The notes beneath the pieces are model-generated. The model saw only the letters and a list, made by a program, of their open reading frames with translations. It was not told the DNA's origin and did no database searches. 20,000 nucleotides of DNA from Myxococcota bacterium (lineage in GTDB: Bacteria > Myxococcota > Myxococcia > Myxococcales > Myxococcaceae). The stretch spans positions 49,080-69,079 of the forward strand of contig JBMORE010000152.1 of NCBI GenBank assembly GCA_049322255.1. The letters are read 5' to 3'. The translations under genes were made by a program, and so were the position numbers. This document shows, piece after piece, positions 1 to 11,030 of this stretch (positions within the stretch are counted from its first letter, which is position 1; the number at the start of each line of letters is the position of its first letter).

Positions 1-910
1 CTTTGTCCTTGCCGCGCTTCGCCATTTCGAGCGCACCAGCGGCGTCTCCTTCTTCGTACTTGGCGAGAATGACCGCCTTCTTCGGGGCCGGCTCTTCCTG
101 CTTGGCTTCGATCTTTTCGTCTTCCGCGGTGGTTTTGGCCACCAGGGGGCTCTTCTTCGAGGCGGCCACGGCGGGTGTGGGCTTGACGATGGGTTCAGGC
201 GGAGGTGGCCGCGGTGGCTCCGCCTCGCGCTCCTTCTCGGCCCGCTCGCGCTGAGGCGGGTCGTTGTCCCGAGCGGGCTTGGAAGGCTCGGCGGGTGGTT
301 GGGTCACGACCGGTGGCGCGTCGAGCTGCACCAAGGGGGGGCGAAGCTGCCCCTCCTGCTGGCTCGCCCCCGAGGGCAACTTGAGGAGGGCGAACATGAG
401 CACGCCGGCGAGGCCGAACCCCACCACGCCGGCAAAAATCGCCACCCGCATCGTCGAAGGGCCCTTGGGCGAGGGGCGAAAGACCCGATCGGTTGGTTCG
501 GCGCTCAAGAGCGCCGCCGAGCTCCTCTGGGGCTTGGGCCTGGCCGGCGCCCTGGTCTCCACCGGCGAACGGGACGGCGGCTCCGCCTCGTGCAGCTTGA
601 GCAGCGCGTTGCCCATCGCGATTTCATCACCTGGGTAAATCTCCATCTCGGCGGCGATCTTGGTCTTGTTGACGAAGGTGCCGTTCTGGCTGCCGAGGTC
701 TCGAATGTAGAAGCGGTTGCCGGTGCGGGTGAGCTGGGCGTGGCGACGGCTGATCGAGGGGTGCTTCAGCCGCAGGTCGGAGATCGACGCGCGGCCGATG
801 ACCACCGGCCCCTGCTTGACGGGGATGAGCTGCCCCGCGCCGGGCCCGCGCTCGACGTAGAGAAACCACGGATTCCCGCCGCGCGCGGGCTGGTCGTAGG
901 AAGGCGCCAT
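1..910 (-). CDS. FHA-domain single-pass membrane protein (3' end runs off the window; absent from the supplied ORF track)
   Basis: Manual translation from ATG at 910, which is directly preceded by an in-frame TAG: MAPSYDQ...VVIGRASISDLRLKHPSISRRHAQL...IRDLGSQNGTFVN, containing the FHA motifs GR, SxxH and DLGSxNGT. Then a hydrophobic segment VAIFAGVVGFGLAGVLMFALL and a Pro/Glu/Lys-rich linker. No stop before position 1. Confidence 0.9.
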   Translation of the reverse strand, partial: MAPSYDQPARGGNPWFLYVERGPGAGQLIPVKQGPVVIGRASISDLRLKHPSISRRHAQLTRTGNRFYIRDLGSQNGTFVNKTKIAAEMEIYPGDEIAMGNALLKLHEAEPPSRSPVETRAPARPKPQRSSAALLSAEPTDRVFRPSPKGPSTMRVAIFAGVVGFGLAGVLMFALLKLPSGASQQEGQLRPPLVQLDAPPVVTQPPAEPSKPARDNDPPQRERAEKEREAEPPRPPPPEPIVKPTPAVAASKKSPLVAKTTAEDEKIEAKQEEPAPKKAVILAKYEEGDAAGALEMAKRGKDK

Positions 911-927
911 CTAGAGACTAGGGTCGC

Positions 928-935
928 ATTATAGT
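928..935. promoter_or_regulatory. Overlapping divergent sigma70-type -10 elements between the FHA gene and cysS
   Basis: ATTATAGT reads TATAAT on the minus strand (933-928) and TATAGT on the plus strand (930-935), inside a 31-bp intergenic gap in otherwise GC-rich DNA. Confidence 0.6.
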
Positions 936-941
936 GCCGCC

Positions 942-2387
942 GTGATTCGGGTTTTCAATACGCTTACCCATCAGAAGGAAGAGCTGGTTCCGTTGCAGCC
1001 GGGCAGGTTGGGCATCTACGTCTGCGGCCCGACAGTCTACAGCTTCGTGCACATCGGCAATGCGCGCACGTTCACCTCGTTCGACGTGGTGGTGCGCTAC
1101 CTGCGCTACCGGGGCTTTCAAGTGACGTACGTCCGCAACTACACCGACGTGGACGACAAAATCATCAACGCCGCCAAGGAGACCAAAGAGGACCCGATCG
1201 AGCTCGCCGCGCGCTTCGTGCGCATCTTCCGCGAGGACGCGGCGGCGCTGCACCTTGTCGAGCCCGACGTGTCCCCCAAAGTCTCGGACCACATCCCGGA
1301 GATCATCGGCATCATCGAGAAGCTGTTCGCCCACGGCGTCGCCTACGCTTCGCAAGGAGACGTCTACTTCGCGGTGGGCAAGTACCCTCCTTACGCCAAG
1401 CTCTCCAAGCGAAACCTCGAGGACTTGAAGGCGGGGGCGCGGGTGGAGGTAGGCGAGCAGAAGCGCGACCCGCTCGACTTCGCGCTGTGGAAGGCGGCCA
1501 AGCCAGGGGAGCCAGCGTGGGACAGCCCGTGGGGAAAAGGCCGGCCGGGTTGGCACATCGAGTGCTCGGCGATGAGCGCCAAGTACCTGGGAGAGACCTT
1601 CGACCTCCACGGCGGCGGCGTCGACCTCATTTTCCCCCACCACGAGAACGAGATCGCCCAGAGCGAGGCGGCCTCCCACCGACCCTTCGCCCGCTACTGG
1701 CTGCACTGCAACTTCCTCGACCTCGAGGGAGCGAAGATGTCCAAGAGCCTGGGCAACGTGGTGCGCCTGCGCGATGCGCTCACCCGCGTCGACCCGGAAG
1801 CGCTGCGCTACTTCTTCCTCTCCACCCACTACCGAAGCCCGCTCTCCTTCTCCGACAAGGCGCTCGCCGACGCCGACAGCCGCGTGGAGTACTTCTACGA
1901 GACGCTCACCAAGGTCGATGAGCGGCTGGGAGGAAGGGACTTCGGCGCAGGGCCGGTGCACGGCGAGCCGGAGCGCTTTCTCGCCGACTTCCAGGCGGCG
2001 ATGGACGACGACTTCAACTCCGCGGGAGCGCTGGCGGCGGTGGCCGGCCTGTTCACCGCGATGAACGAGCTCACCGACAAGCCGCCGGTAAAGGACAAGG
2101 CGGTGGTCGGGCGCACGCTCCGGGCGCTCCGAGCACAGGTGGCGCCGATCGCGGGGGTCTTGGGAGTGCTGGAGGACGAGCCGACTTCCTGGTTGCTCCG
2201 CCGGCGCGATCGGGCAGTGAAACAGAAAGGTATCGATCAGATGAAGGTGGAAGAGCTGGTGGCACGACGGGACCAGGCACGGGCGGCCAAAGACTTCGCC
2301 GCCGCCGACCAGCTGCGCGCCGAGCTCAAAGCGATGAGCGTGGAGGTGATGGACACCTCCGCGGGTACGACATGGAAGGTGGCATGA
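942..2387 (+). CDS. cysS: Cysteine--tRNA ligase
   Basis: [12 protein letters not shown] (HIGH-type), [38 protein letters not shown] and KMSKSLGN motifs, plus a C-terminal anticodon-binding region. GTG start. Confidence 0.98.
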   Translation: MIRVFNTLTHQKEELVPLQPGRLGIYVCGPTVYSFVHIGNARTFTSFDVVVRYLRYRGFQVTYVRNYTDVDDKIINAAKETKEDPIELAARFVRIFREDAAALHLVEPDVSPKVSDHIPEIIGIIEKLFAHGVAYASQGDVYFAVGKYPPYAKLSKRNLEDLKAGARVEVGEQKRDPLDFALWKAAKPGEPAWDSPWGKGRPGWHIECSAMSAKYLGETFDLHGGGVDLIFPHHENEIAQSEAASHRPFARYWLHCNFLDLEGAKMSKSLGNVVRLRDALTRVDPEALRYFFLSTHYRSPLSFSDKALADADSRVEYFYETLTKVDERLGGRDFGAGPVHGEPERFLADFQAAMDDDFNSAGALAAVAGLFTAMNELTDKPPVKDKAVVGRTLRALRAQVAPIAGVLGVLEDEPTSWLLRRRDRAVKQKGIDQMKVEELVARRDQARAAKDFAAADQLRAELKAMSVEVMDTSAGTTWKVA

Positions 2388-4066
2388 AGAAGACGGCGAC
2401 AATCCTGGCGGTGGTCCTGGGCGGGGCGGCGGTGACGGCAAGCGGGGCGCCTCCCTCGGCGGCGGAGCGGAGGGCTGCCAGGCAGATCTCCGCGGCGGCC
2501 ATCCTCGCGCACACGCGCTTCCTCTCTTCCGACTTGCTCGAAGGACGCGGGCCCGCCACCCAGGGTGACCGGCTGGCACAGGAGTACATCGCCGCCCAGT
2601 TCGAGGCGCTGGGGCTTTTAGGCGGAGCGCCCGACGGCAGCTACTTTCAGCGCTTCGATCTGGTCGGCGTCGACGGCCACCCGGACAGTCTTTCGCTCCA
2701 GGCCGGCGGAAAGTCGCTCGAGCTCGAGTACCAATCCGACTTCATTGCGGTGGCGGGCTCGCAGGAGCCGCAGTCGAAGCTGCAAGACGCCGAAGTGGTG
2801 TTCGTCGGCTACGGCATCGTCGCTCCGGAGTTCGCCTGGGACGACTACAAGGGCGCTGACCTCAAGGGGAAGGTGCTGCTGATGATGAACAGCGACCCCG
2901 AGGACGACCCGGCGCTGTTCGCGGGCAAGACGAGGCTGTGGTACGGCCGGTGGGACTATAAGTACGAGATCGCCGCCCAAGTCGGCGCGGCGGGGGCGAT
3001 CATCATTCACACCACCCCCTCGGCCGGCTACCCCTGGCAAGTGGTGCAGACCTCGTGGGCGGGAGAGCAATTCGAGCTTCCTTCGGCGGGCGAGCCGCGA
3101 CTTCGAGTTCGAGGCTGGACCACCGAGGAGGCGTCGCGCCGGTTGGTGTCGTTGGGCGGCAAAGACCTCGACACGCTGCGCGGTGCGGCGCAAAAGCGCG
3201 ACTTTCGCCCGGTGCCCTTGGGGGTGCGCCTCTCCACCGCCTTCAAGAACGTCGTCCAGCGCAGGCAGACCGCCAACGTGCTCGGCGTGCTTCCCGGCTC
3301 GGACAAGGTGCACGCGCAGGAAGTGGTGGTGCTCACCGCGCATCACGATCACTTGGGCCGCAAGGAGGGCGCCCAGCAGGGCGAAGACGCCATCTACAAC
3401 GGAGCGGTGGACAACGCGTCGGGTGTGGGTGCGCTGTTGGCGATCGCGCGGGCGATGACCTCTTTGTCCAGGTCGCCCAAGCGCACGGTGCTCTTCGCCG
3501 CCGTCGCCGCGGAGGAACAGGGACTGCTCGGCTCGGCCTACCTGGTCGACCACCCGCCGGTGCCGGTGGGGCGAATGGCGGCGAACATCAACATCGACGG
3601 GCTCAACATCTGGGGGCGAACCAAGGACGTGACGGCGATCGGCCTGGGCAAGTCGAGCATCGACCTGACGCTGAAGGAGCAGGCAGCGCTGCAACAGCGC
3701 GTGGTCAAGCCCGACCAGCTCTCCGACCGCGGGTTCTTCTATCGCTCCGACCAGTTCAACTTCGCCAAGAAGGGCGTGCCCGCGACCTACTTCGGCAGCG
3801 GCTTGGACTTCGCCGGCAAGCCGGAAGGGTGGGGGAAGAAGACCCGAGAGGAGTGGGAGGGCTCGCGCTACCACCAGCCTTCTGACGAGGTGACCCACCA
3901 GTGGGACCTCACCGGCGCGGTGGAGGACACCCAGCTCTACTTCCACGTCACCGTGCAGCTGGCCAACGCCAGGGCGATGCCGGTGTGGAACAAGGGCGAC
4001 GAGTTCGAGGACGAGCGCCGCCAGGCGTTGGAGGCGTTGCGCTCGACCGGGGCGGCGACGAAGTAG
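2384..4066 (+). CDS. Secreted M28-family metallopeptidase with PA domain
   Basis: Signal peptide [19 protein letters not shown]. Zn-ligand motifs AHHDHLG, GAVDNASG, AEEQGLLGS, NIDG and YHQPSD. PA-domain motif VFVGYGIVAPEFAWDDYKG. ATG 2384 overlaps the cysS stop (ATGA). Confidence 0.92.
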   Translation: MKKTATILAVVLGGAAVTASGAPPSAAERRAARQISAAAILAHTRFLSSDLLEGRGPATQGDRLAQEYIAAQFEALGLLGGAPDGSYFQRFDLVGVDGHPDSLSLQAGGKSLELEYQSDFIAVAGSQEPQSKLQDAEVVFVGYGIVAPEFAWDDYKGADLKGKVLLMMNSDPEDDPALFAGKTRLWYGRWDYKYEIAAQVGAAGAIIIHTTPSAGYPWQVVQTSWAGEQFELPSAGEPRLRVRGWTTEEASRRLVSLGGKDLDTLRGAAQKRDFRPVPLGVRLSTAFKNVVQRRQTANVLGVLPGSDKVHAQEVVVLTAHHDHLGRKEGAQQGEDAIYNGAVDNASGVGALLAIARAMTSLSRSPKRTVLFAAVAAEEQGLLGSAYLVDHPPVPVGRMAANINIDGLNIWGRTKDVTAIGLGKSSIDLTLKEQAALQQRVVKPDQLSDRGFFYRSDQFNFAKKGVPATYFGSGLDFAGKPEGWGKKTREEWEGSRYHQPSDEVTHQWDLTGAVEDTQLYFHVTVQLANARAMPVWNKGDEFEDERRQALEALRSTGAATK

Positions 4067-4092
4067 AAGGCCGTCGACCCTCCCGTGGTGAG

Positions 4093-4128
4093 TGGACTCG
4101 TATGTTCCATTTTAATTATAAATATGGA
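4093..4128 (+). promoter_or_regulatory. AT-rich promoter with an overlapping imperfect palindrome (putative operator) upstream of the ATPase
   Basis: TGGACT (4093-4098), 18 bp, TATAAA (4117-4122). The inverted repeat TCCAT-N13-ATGGA (4106-4128) has an all-A/T spacer. Confidence 0.55.
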
Positions 4129-4131
4129 CTT

Positions 4132-5271
4132 ATGTTTTCCAGATTGCTGCGCCCCCCCAAGGACAAGAGCTTTTTTCTCTTTGGGCCGCGGGGAACGGGA
4201 AAGTCGTACTGGGTACGTCAGCAGTTTCCCGAGGCGGTCTACATCGACCTCCTCGAATCCGATGCCTACACGGAATTGCTCGCCTCACCGCAGCGCCTGG
4301 AGCAGAGGCTGCCGCCCAACTACTCGGGCTGGGTGGTGCTGGACGAGGTTCAGCGGGTGCCTGACCTCCTCAACGAGGTGCATCGGCTCATCGAGCGGCG
4401 CCGCCTCCGTTTCGTGCTGACGGGCTCGAGCGCGAGGAAGCTTCGGCGCAAGGGGGTGAACCTCCTCGCGGGCCGAGCACTGGTGCTGGCGATGCACCCG
4501 CTCACGGCCACCGAGCTGGGCGAGCGCTTCGACCTTCGGCATTCGCTGCGATTCGGCCAGCTGCCCAGTGTGTACGTGGAGAAAGAGCCGGACCGCTACC
4601 TTTCGAGCTACGTAAGGACGTACCTGCGAGAGGAGGTCCTGCACGAGGGGCTCACTCGCAACCTGGCGGCATTCACTCGCTTCCTGGAAGCAGCAAGCTT
4701 CAGTCAGGCAAACGTGCTGAACGTGTCCCAAGTGGCGAGGGACTGCCACGTGGAGCGAAAGGTGGTGGAGGACTATTTCACCATTCTCGAGGACTTGATG
4801 ATCGGCACCCGGCTTCGAGCCTTCACCCGCAGAGCCAAGCGCGCGATCGTCGCCCACCCCAAGTTCTTCTTCTTCGATGTCGGGGTCTGGCGGATCTTGC
4901 GACCCAAGGGCCCCTTGGACATCGACAATGAGCTCGACGGGGCGGCCTTGGAGACGTTGGTGTTTCAGGAGCTTCGGGCGACGAACGATGCCCTCGAACT
5001 GGGCTACGAGCTGTTCTTCTGGAGGACGTCGGCGCCCGCGTCACAAGAGGTCGACTTCGTGCTCTACGGCCCACGCGGGCTCAAGGTGATCGAGGTGAAG
5101 CGCGCTCCTCGAGTGACGCGGGAAGATTTCCGAGGTCTGCGAGCTTTTCTGGCCGATTATTCGATGGCTGAGGCATTTCTCGTCCATGGAGGAACGTCGA
5201 GCAGCTTCGAGGATGGCGTTCGAGTCTTGCCGGTGGGGGAGTTCCTTCGCACGTTGTCCAAGCTGGTGTGA
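4132..5271 (+). CDS. AAA+ ATPase (AAA_14-like) with central HTH and C-terminal DUF4143 / PD-(D/E)xK-like domain, 379 aa
   Basis: Walker A GPRGTGKS, Walker B VVLDEVQR, TGSSAR and LAGRA. HTH-like LNVSQVARDCHVERKVVEDYF. C-terminal KFFFFDVG, LETLVFQEL, EVDFV and IEVK. Start set at ATG 4132 (MFSRLL); the longer ORF from 3901 overlaps the peptidase. Confidence 0.88.
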   Translation: MFSRLLRPPKDKSFFLFGPRGTGKSYWVRQQFPEAVYIDLLESDAYTELLASPQRLEQRLPPNYSGWVVLDEVQRVPDLLNEVHRLIERRRLRFVLTGSSARKLRRKGVNLLAGRALVLAMHPLTATELGERFDLRHSLRFGQLPSVYVEKEPDRYLSSYVRTYLREEVLHEGLTRNLAAFTRFLEAASFSQANVLNVSQVARDCHVERKVVEDYFTILEDLMIGTRLRAFTRRAKRAIVAHPKFFFFDVGVWRILRPKGPLDIDNELDGAALETLVFQELRATNDALELGYELFFWRTSAPASQEVDFVLYGPRGLKVIEVKRAPRVTREDFRGLRAFLADYSMAEAFLVHGGTSSSFEDGVRVLPVGEFLRTLSKLV

Positions 5272-5345
5272 TGCGGACGCGAGGGTTCCTGCGCGAATCC
5301 AGAGGCTCTCACCGCATTTGACGCGTCAGGAATTCATCAGTCTCG

Positions 5346-6159
5346 ATGCGTTCGAGCTCTCCGCGCGGACCCAGCCCGGGCAGCAGCGATTGGCGTCGCC
5401 CGCATCATCGCGGCCTGGAGGTGAAGCATTTGAGCGACGTCTACGAGCTGGTCAGCCTCGGCAACCATCTCGCGAAGGTGGCGCCAAATACCTTGAACGG
5501 CGACGCCACCTCCGCCTTCTCCACCCGCGGTGGTGCCCAGCGGGCGTCCGCCCGCGCCGGCCTTCGTCCCACCTTCAGCGCCGCGAAGAGGGGTAACGGT
5601 GTCGGGCATCGGCCACCTCGAGTTGGTGGGTGCGGCACAGCACGTCACAGACGGAAGCGTGGGAACCTTACGGCTGCGCATCGACGGCTCCACCGCCGGA
5701 GTGCTCACCAGCTACGACCTCGCCGCGCTTCGCTCGTGCGACTGCCCCGGCGAAATCGACGTGATTCACCTTATCAGTGGACAGCTCGTGGGCTGGCTCG
5801 CCAGCGGCTCGCGCGGGCTGGTCGGGCTCACGCTCGGAGCGACCGCGGCGCTTGCTCCGGACATCGACCTGCTCGGACCGACGATCGGCGCCGTGGCGAT
5901 GTGGAAGCTCCCGGGCCCGCTGTCCCTCGAGGGCCAGCTCGCGGTGACGTCGATCACCTTCGTCGCTGTCGACTCCCGCGCCGCGCTCGTGCTGAGGGTC
6001 GGCGCGCTACAGTTCTTCGCCGGCTACCGGTACGCGTACCTGAACGACAAGGCCCAGGTCGACGACGTCGAGCGGTCGGACACGCTCGCGGGCCCGTTCG
6101 CCGCGATCGGATTCACCTGGGAGCCGCACCGCGGCGCCCCAGCGAGCCATAGGCGATGA
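5346..6159 (+). pseudogene. Probable frameshifted gene for an outer-membrane beta-strand-rich hypothetical protein
   Basis: The 5530-6159 frame has amphipathic beta-strand character and ends ...GYRYAYLND...LAGPFAAIGFTW. It is closed upstream by TGA at 5494-5496 and has no good start or signal peptide. The adjacent frame (5346-5495) reads as plausible protein (EVKHLSDVYELVSLGNHLAKVAPNTL). Removing one A at 5496-5497 fuses the two. Confidence 0.5.
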
Positions 6160-6174
6160 GCTCGAGGACTCGAC

Positions 6175-6203
6175 TTGACTTAGTCCACGACTAAGCCCAT
6201 GTT
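6175..6203 (+). promoter_or_regulatory. TA-operon promoter with perfect palindromic operator
   Basis: -35 TTGACT (6175-6180), 17 bp, -10-like CATGTT (6198-6203). The inverted repeat CTTAGTC-cac-GACTAAG (6179-6195) lies across the spacer. Confidence 0.75.
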
Positions 6204-6210
6204 CAACACC

Positions 6211-6441
6211 GTGAAGGTCAACGTTCACGAGGCGAAAACGCACTTCTCGAAGCTGCTTGCGAAGGTTGCGGCTGGCGAGGAGGTGACCATCACCAAGGCG
6301 GGCCGGCCGGTCGCGCGCTTGGTACCGCTCGAGGCGAAGCCAGTGGCTCGGCCGCTTGGCTTGGACGCCGGGCGGTTCGAGGTGCCCGAAGACTTCGATG
6401 CTCCACTGCCCGCCGAGGTTTTGCGGCATTTCGAAACGTGA
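6211..6441 (+). CDS. Phd/YefM-family antitoxin (type II TA)
   Basis: VNVHEAKTHFSKLL...GEEVTITKAGRPVARLVP...EDFDAPLP is typical of the family. GTG 6211 is preferred over ATG 6199, which falls inside the predicted -10 box. Confidence 0.92.
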   Translation: MKVNVHEAKTHFSKLLAKVAAGEEVTITKAGRPVARLVPLEAKPVARPLGLDAGRFEVPEDFDAPLPAEVLRHFET

Positions 6442-6836
6442 AGGCGCTCCTCGACACGCACGTGTGGCTGTGGTCGCTGTGCGCGCCCGAACGGCTGTGC
6501 GAAACGGCCCGCGCGGCCATCTCCGACCCGGCGAACGAAGTTTATTTGTCCGCCGCGAGCGCCTGGGAGATGGCGATCAAATTCGCTCTCGGGAAGCTCC
6601 CGTTGCCGGAGCCCCCTGGTGAGTACGTCCCTGCCCGGATGAAAACACAGGGCATCTCGCCGCTCCTGGTGAGCCACGCGCACGCGCTCCGCGTCGCATC
6701 GCTGCCGCCTCACCACAGCGACCCATTTGACCGGCTCTTGATTGCGCAGGCACAGGCGGAGGGCCTGATGCTCCTGACGGCCGACCCGCAATTCAAGCCG
6801 TACGCGGTGCGGCTCCTCTGGGCAGCAGCGCCGTGA
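6438..6836 (+). CDS. vapC: VapC-family PIN-domain toxin (ribonuclease)
   Basis: LLDTHVWLW, SAASAWEMAIK, HSDPFDRLLIAQA and LLTAD supply the conserved acidic PIN residues. GTGA overlap with the antitoxin stop. Confidence 0.93.
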   Translation: MKALLDTHVWLWSLCAPERLCETARAAISDPANEVYLSAASAWEMAIKFALGKLPLPEPPGEYVPARMKTQGISPLLVSHAHALRVASLPPHHSDPFDRLLIAQAQAEGLMLLTADPQFKPYAVRLLWAAAP

Positions 6837-6939
6837 GCTTCCCCGGCCAGAGCGTGGCAGGCTCCGAATGAACGGAGGGTGGCCATCCGGGCGGCCGGCG
6901 CGAGCATGGCGGGTCGGTGGGTGTTAAACCGTCCGAGGG

Positions 6940-9027
<2,088 letters not shown>

Positions 9028-9029
9028 TC

Positions 9030-10946
9030 ATGGACGCGGCCCTCGCCGAGAAGCTCGCCAACCTCCCCACCGCCCCGGGCGTCTACGTGATGAAGGACCG
9101 CGGCGGGGTGGTGATCTACGTCGGCAAGGCGGTGAACCTGCGCGCGCGGGTGCGCTCGTATTTTTCGCGCGCCTCCTCCGACAGCCGGGCGTTCGTCGGG
9201 CTGCTCCACGACCTTTTGGGCGACATCGACACGGTGGTGGTGTCGAACGAGAAAGAGGCGCTGCTTCTGGAGAACGAGCTCATCAAGCGTCACAAGCCGC
9301 GCTTCAACGTCCAGCTGCGGGACGACAAGAATTTCATCTGCGTAAGGCTCGATCTGTCGCACCCCTACCCCCGACTGGAGGTGGTGCGCCGCTTCAAGAA
9401 AGACGGCGCGCGGTACTTCGGCCCCTATTCCTCGGCGGGGGCGATTCGCGAGTCCTTGCGCATCATCAACCGCTACTTCCAGCTGCGCACCTGCTCGGAT
9501 CACGCGCTGGAGCATCGCCGCCGTCCGTGCCTGCTCTACCAGATCGGCCGCTGCCCGGCGCCGTGCGTCTACCCGATCGCCCCCGAGGAGTACCAAAAGA
9601 ACGTCGAGGCGGTGGTGCTCTTCCTCGAGGGCAAGGCAGGCGAGCTGGTCGACGGCCTGCGGACACGCATGAAGGCGGCGGCGAAGGAGCTGAAGTTCGA
9701 GGAGGCGGCCGCCTTGCGTGACCAGCTCGTCGCCCTCGAGCGCAGCCTGGAACGGCAGAAGATCGCCGTCATCGAGCCGATCGACCAAGACGTGTTCGGC
9801 TTCTACCGCGAGGCGGATCGGCTGCTCATCTACGCGCTCTACGTGCGGCAGGGGCGGCTCACCGGCGGCCAGCCCTTCTACTTCAGCGGGCAGGAGTTCC
9901 CCGACGACGAGCTGCTCCTCTCCTTCGTGAACCTCTACTACGATCATGACAACTTCGTTCCCAAGGAGGTGCTCCTGCCCTTCTCTCCCGGGGGGCTGGA
10001 GGCGCTGGGAGAGCTGCTCTCGGAGCGCAAGGGCGAGAAGGTGCGGGTGTGGGTGCCCAAGCGGGGGGAGAAGCTCGAGCTGTTGCAGATGAGCGTGAAG
10101 AACGCCGAGGCGGCGTTTCACGAGCGCCGGCGCAGCAAGGACGAGACGGCGGCCATTCTCGAGCGCTTGCGCCAAAAGCTTCATCTGGCACGGGTGCCTC
10201 GCCGCATGGAGTGCTTCGACGTCTCGCACTTTCAGGGCGCGAGCGTGGTGGCTTCGCAGGTGGCGATCACCGACGGAGAGCTCGACCGCGCGCGCTACCG
10301 CCGCTTCCAGGTGAAGACGGTCGCCGGAAACGACGACTTCGCCAGCATGTACGAGGTGGTCGGTCGGCGGGTGCGGCGAGGGGTGGTGGAGGACGATTTG
10401 CCCGACCTCATCGTCATCGACGGCGGCAAGGGGCAGCTCGCCTCGGCGCACGCGGCGATCCGCGACGCGGGCATCACCGGGGTGGACCTGGTGGCGCTGG
10501 CCAAGAGCCGCGATCTCGAGGTGGCCGATCGCGACGCGGCTTTCGCCAAGAGCCCCGAGCGCATCTTCCTCTTGGGGCGTAAAGACCCTGTGGTGCTGCC
10601 GCAGCGCTCGGCCGAGCTGTTCATGCTCACCCGCCTGCGCGACGAGGCGCATCGCTTCGCGATCACCTTCCAGCAAGCACGCATGCGGAAAATGAGCTTC
10701 GCCTCGGTGCTGGAGGACATTCCCGGAGTGGGGGCAGGACGAAAGCGCGCGCTCTTGCGGCACTTCGGCAGCCTTCGGCGCATTCAGAAGGCGTCGATCG
10801 AAGAGCTGGCCGACGTGGGTGGCGTGGGTCCGGCGGTGGCCGAGCGCATTCACGCTTTCCTCCACGGATCGGCCGAGCTCCTGGGCCGGGACGCGATTCG
10901 CGAAGCGTCGTTGGAAGACGCTTCGGGGTCCCCCGCCGAGGGGTGA
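9030..10946 (+). CDS. uvrC: Excinuclease ABC subunit C, 638 aa
   Basis: GIY-YIG domain (PGVYVMKD...[17 protein letters not shown]), four-Cys region, UVR domain, RNase H-like domain ([29 protein letters not shown]) and HhH ([13 protein letters not shown]). ATG 9030 follows the uvrB stop after a 2-nt gap. Confidence 0.98.
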   Translation: MDAALAEKLANLPTAPGVYVMKDRGGVVIYVGKAVNLRARVRSYFSRASSDSRAFVGLLHDLLGDIDTVVVSNEKEALLLENELIKRHKPRFNVQLRDDKNFICVRLDLSHPYPRLEVVRRFKKDGARYFGPYSSAGAIRESLRIINRYFQLRTCSDHALEHRRRPCLLYQIGRCPAPCVYPIAPEEYQKNVEAVVLFLEGKAGELVDGLRTRMKAAAKELKFEEAAALRDQLVALERSLERQKIAVIEPIDQDVFGFYREADRLLIYALYVRQGRLTGGQPFYFSGQEFPDDELLLSFVNLYYDHDNFVPKEVLLPFSPGGLEALGELLSERKGEKVRVWVPKRGEKLELLQMSVKNAEAAFHERRRSKDETAAILERLRQKLHLARVPRRMECFDVSHFQGASVVASQVAITDGELDRARYRRFQVKTVAGNDDFASMYEVVGRRVRRGVVEDDLPDLIVIDGGKGQLASAHAAIRDAGITGVDLVALAKSRDLEVADRDAAFAKSPERIFLLGRKDPVVLPQRSAELFMLTRLRDEAHRFAITFQQARMRKMSFASVLEDIPGVGAGRKRALLRHFGSLRRIQKASIEELADVGGVGPAVAERIHAFLHGSAELLGRDAIREASLEDASGSPAEG

Positions 10947-10978
10947 TGATTACAATCGTCAGGTGTCGGGGTTTTTCA

Positions 10979-11008
10979 TTGCGACGTGCCGTCTCGGTGA
11001 CGTATAGC
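10979..11008 (+). promoter_or_regulatory. Putative sigma70-type promoter for the DUF507 gene
   Basis: TTGCGA (10979-10984), 18 bp, TATAGC (11003-11008). The downstream gene has a GAGGAG Shine-Dalgarno. Confidence 0.4.
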
Positions 11009-11030
11009 GGACAGAGTTTCGAGGAGTGTT

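Noticed and set aside
2384..2387. cysS-peptidase translational coupling as a functional link (for example tRNA-dependent chemistry)
   Set aside because: The peptidase has a signal peptide and is an ordinary M28/PA enzyme. ATGA overlaps are common and imply only co-transcription.
3901..4131. N-terminal extension of the ATPase ORF
   Set aside because: It overlaps the peptidase 3' end and runs through the AT-rich promoter. The family-like sequence starts at MFSRLL (4132).
6837..6939. Possible LexA/SOS box upstream of uvrB
   Set aside because: There is only a GTTC-containing short hairpin on the minus strand. I see no convincing match to LexA motifs I know.
4067..6939. Prophage, integron or IS explanation for the accessory patch
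   Set aside because: No integrase, transposase, attC-like sites, terminal inverted repeats or target-site duplications were found by eye.
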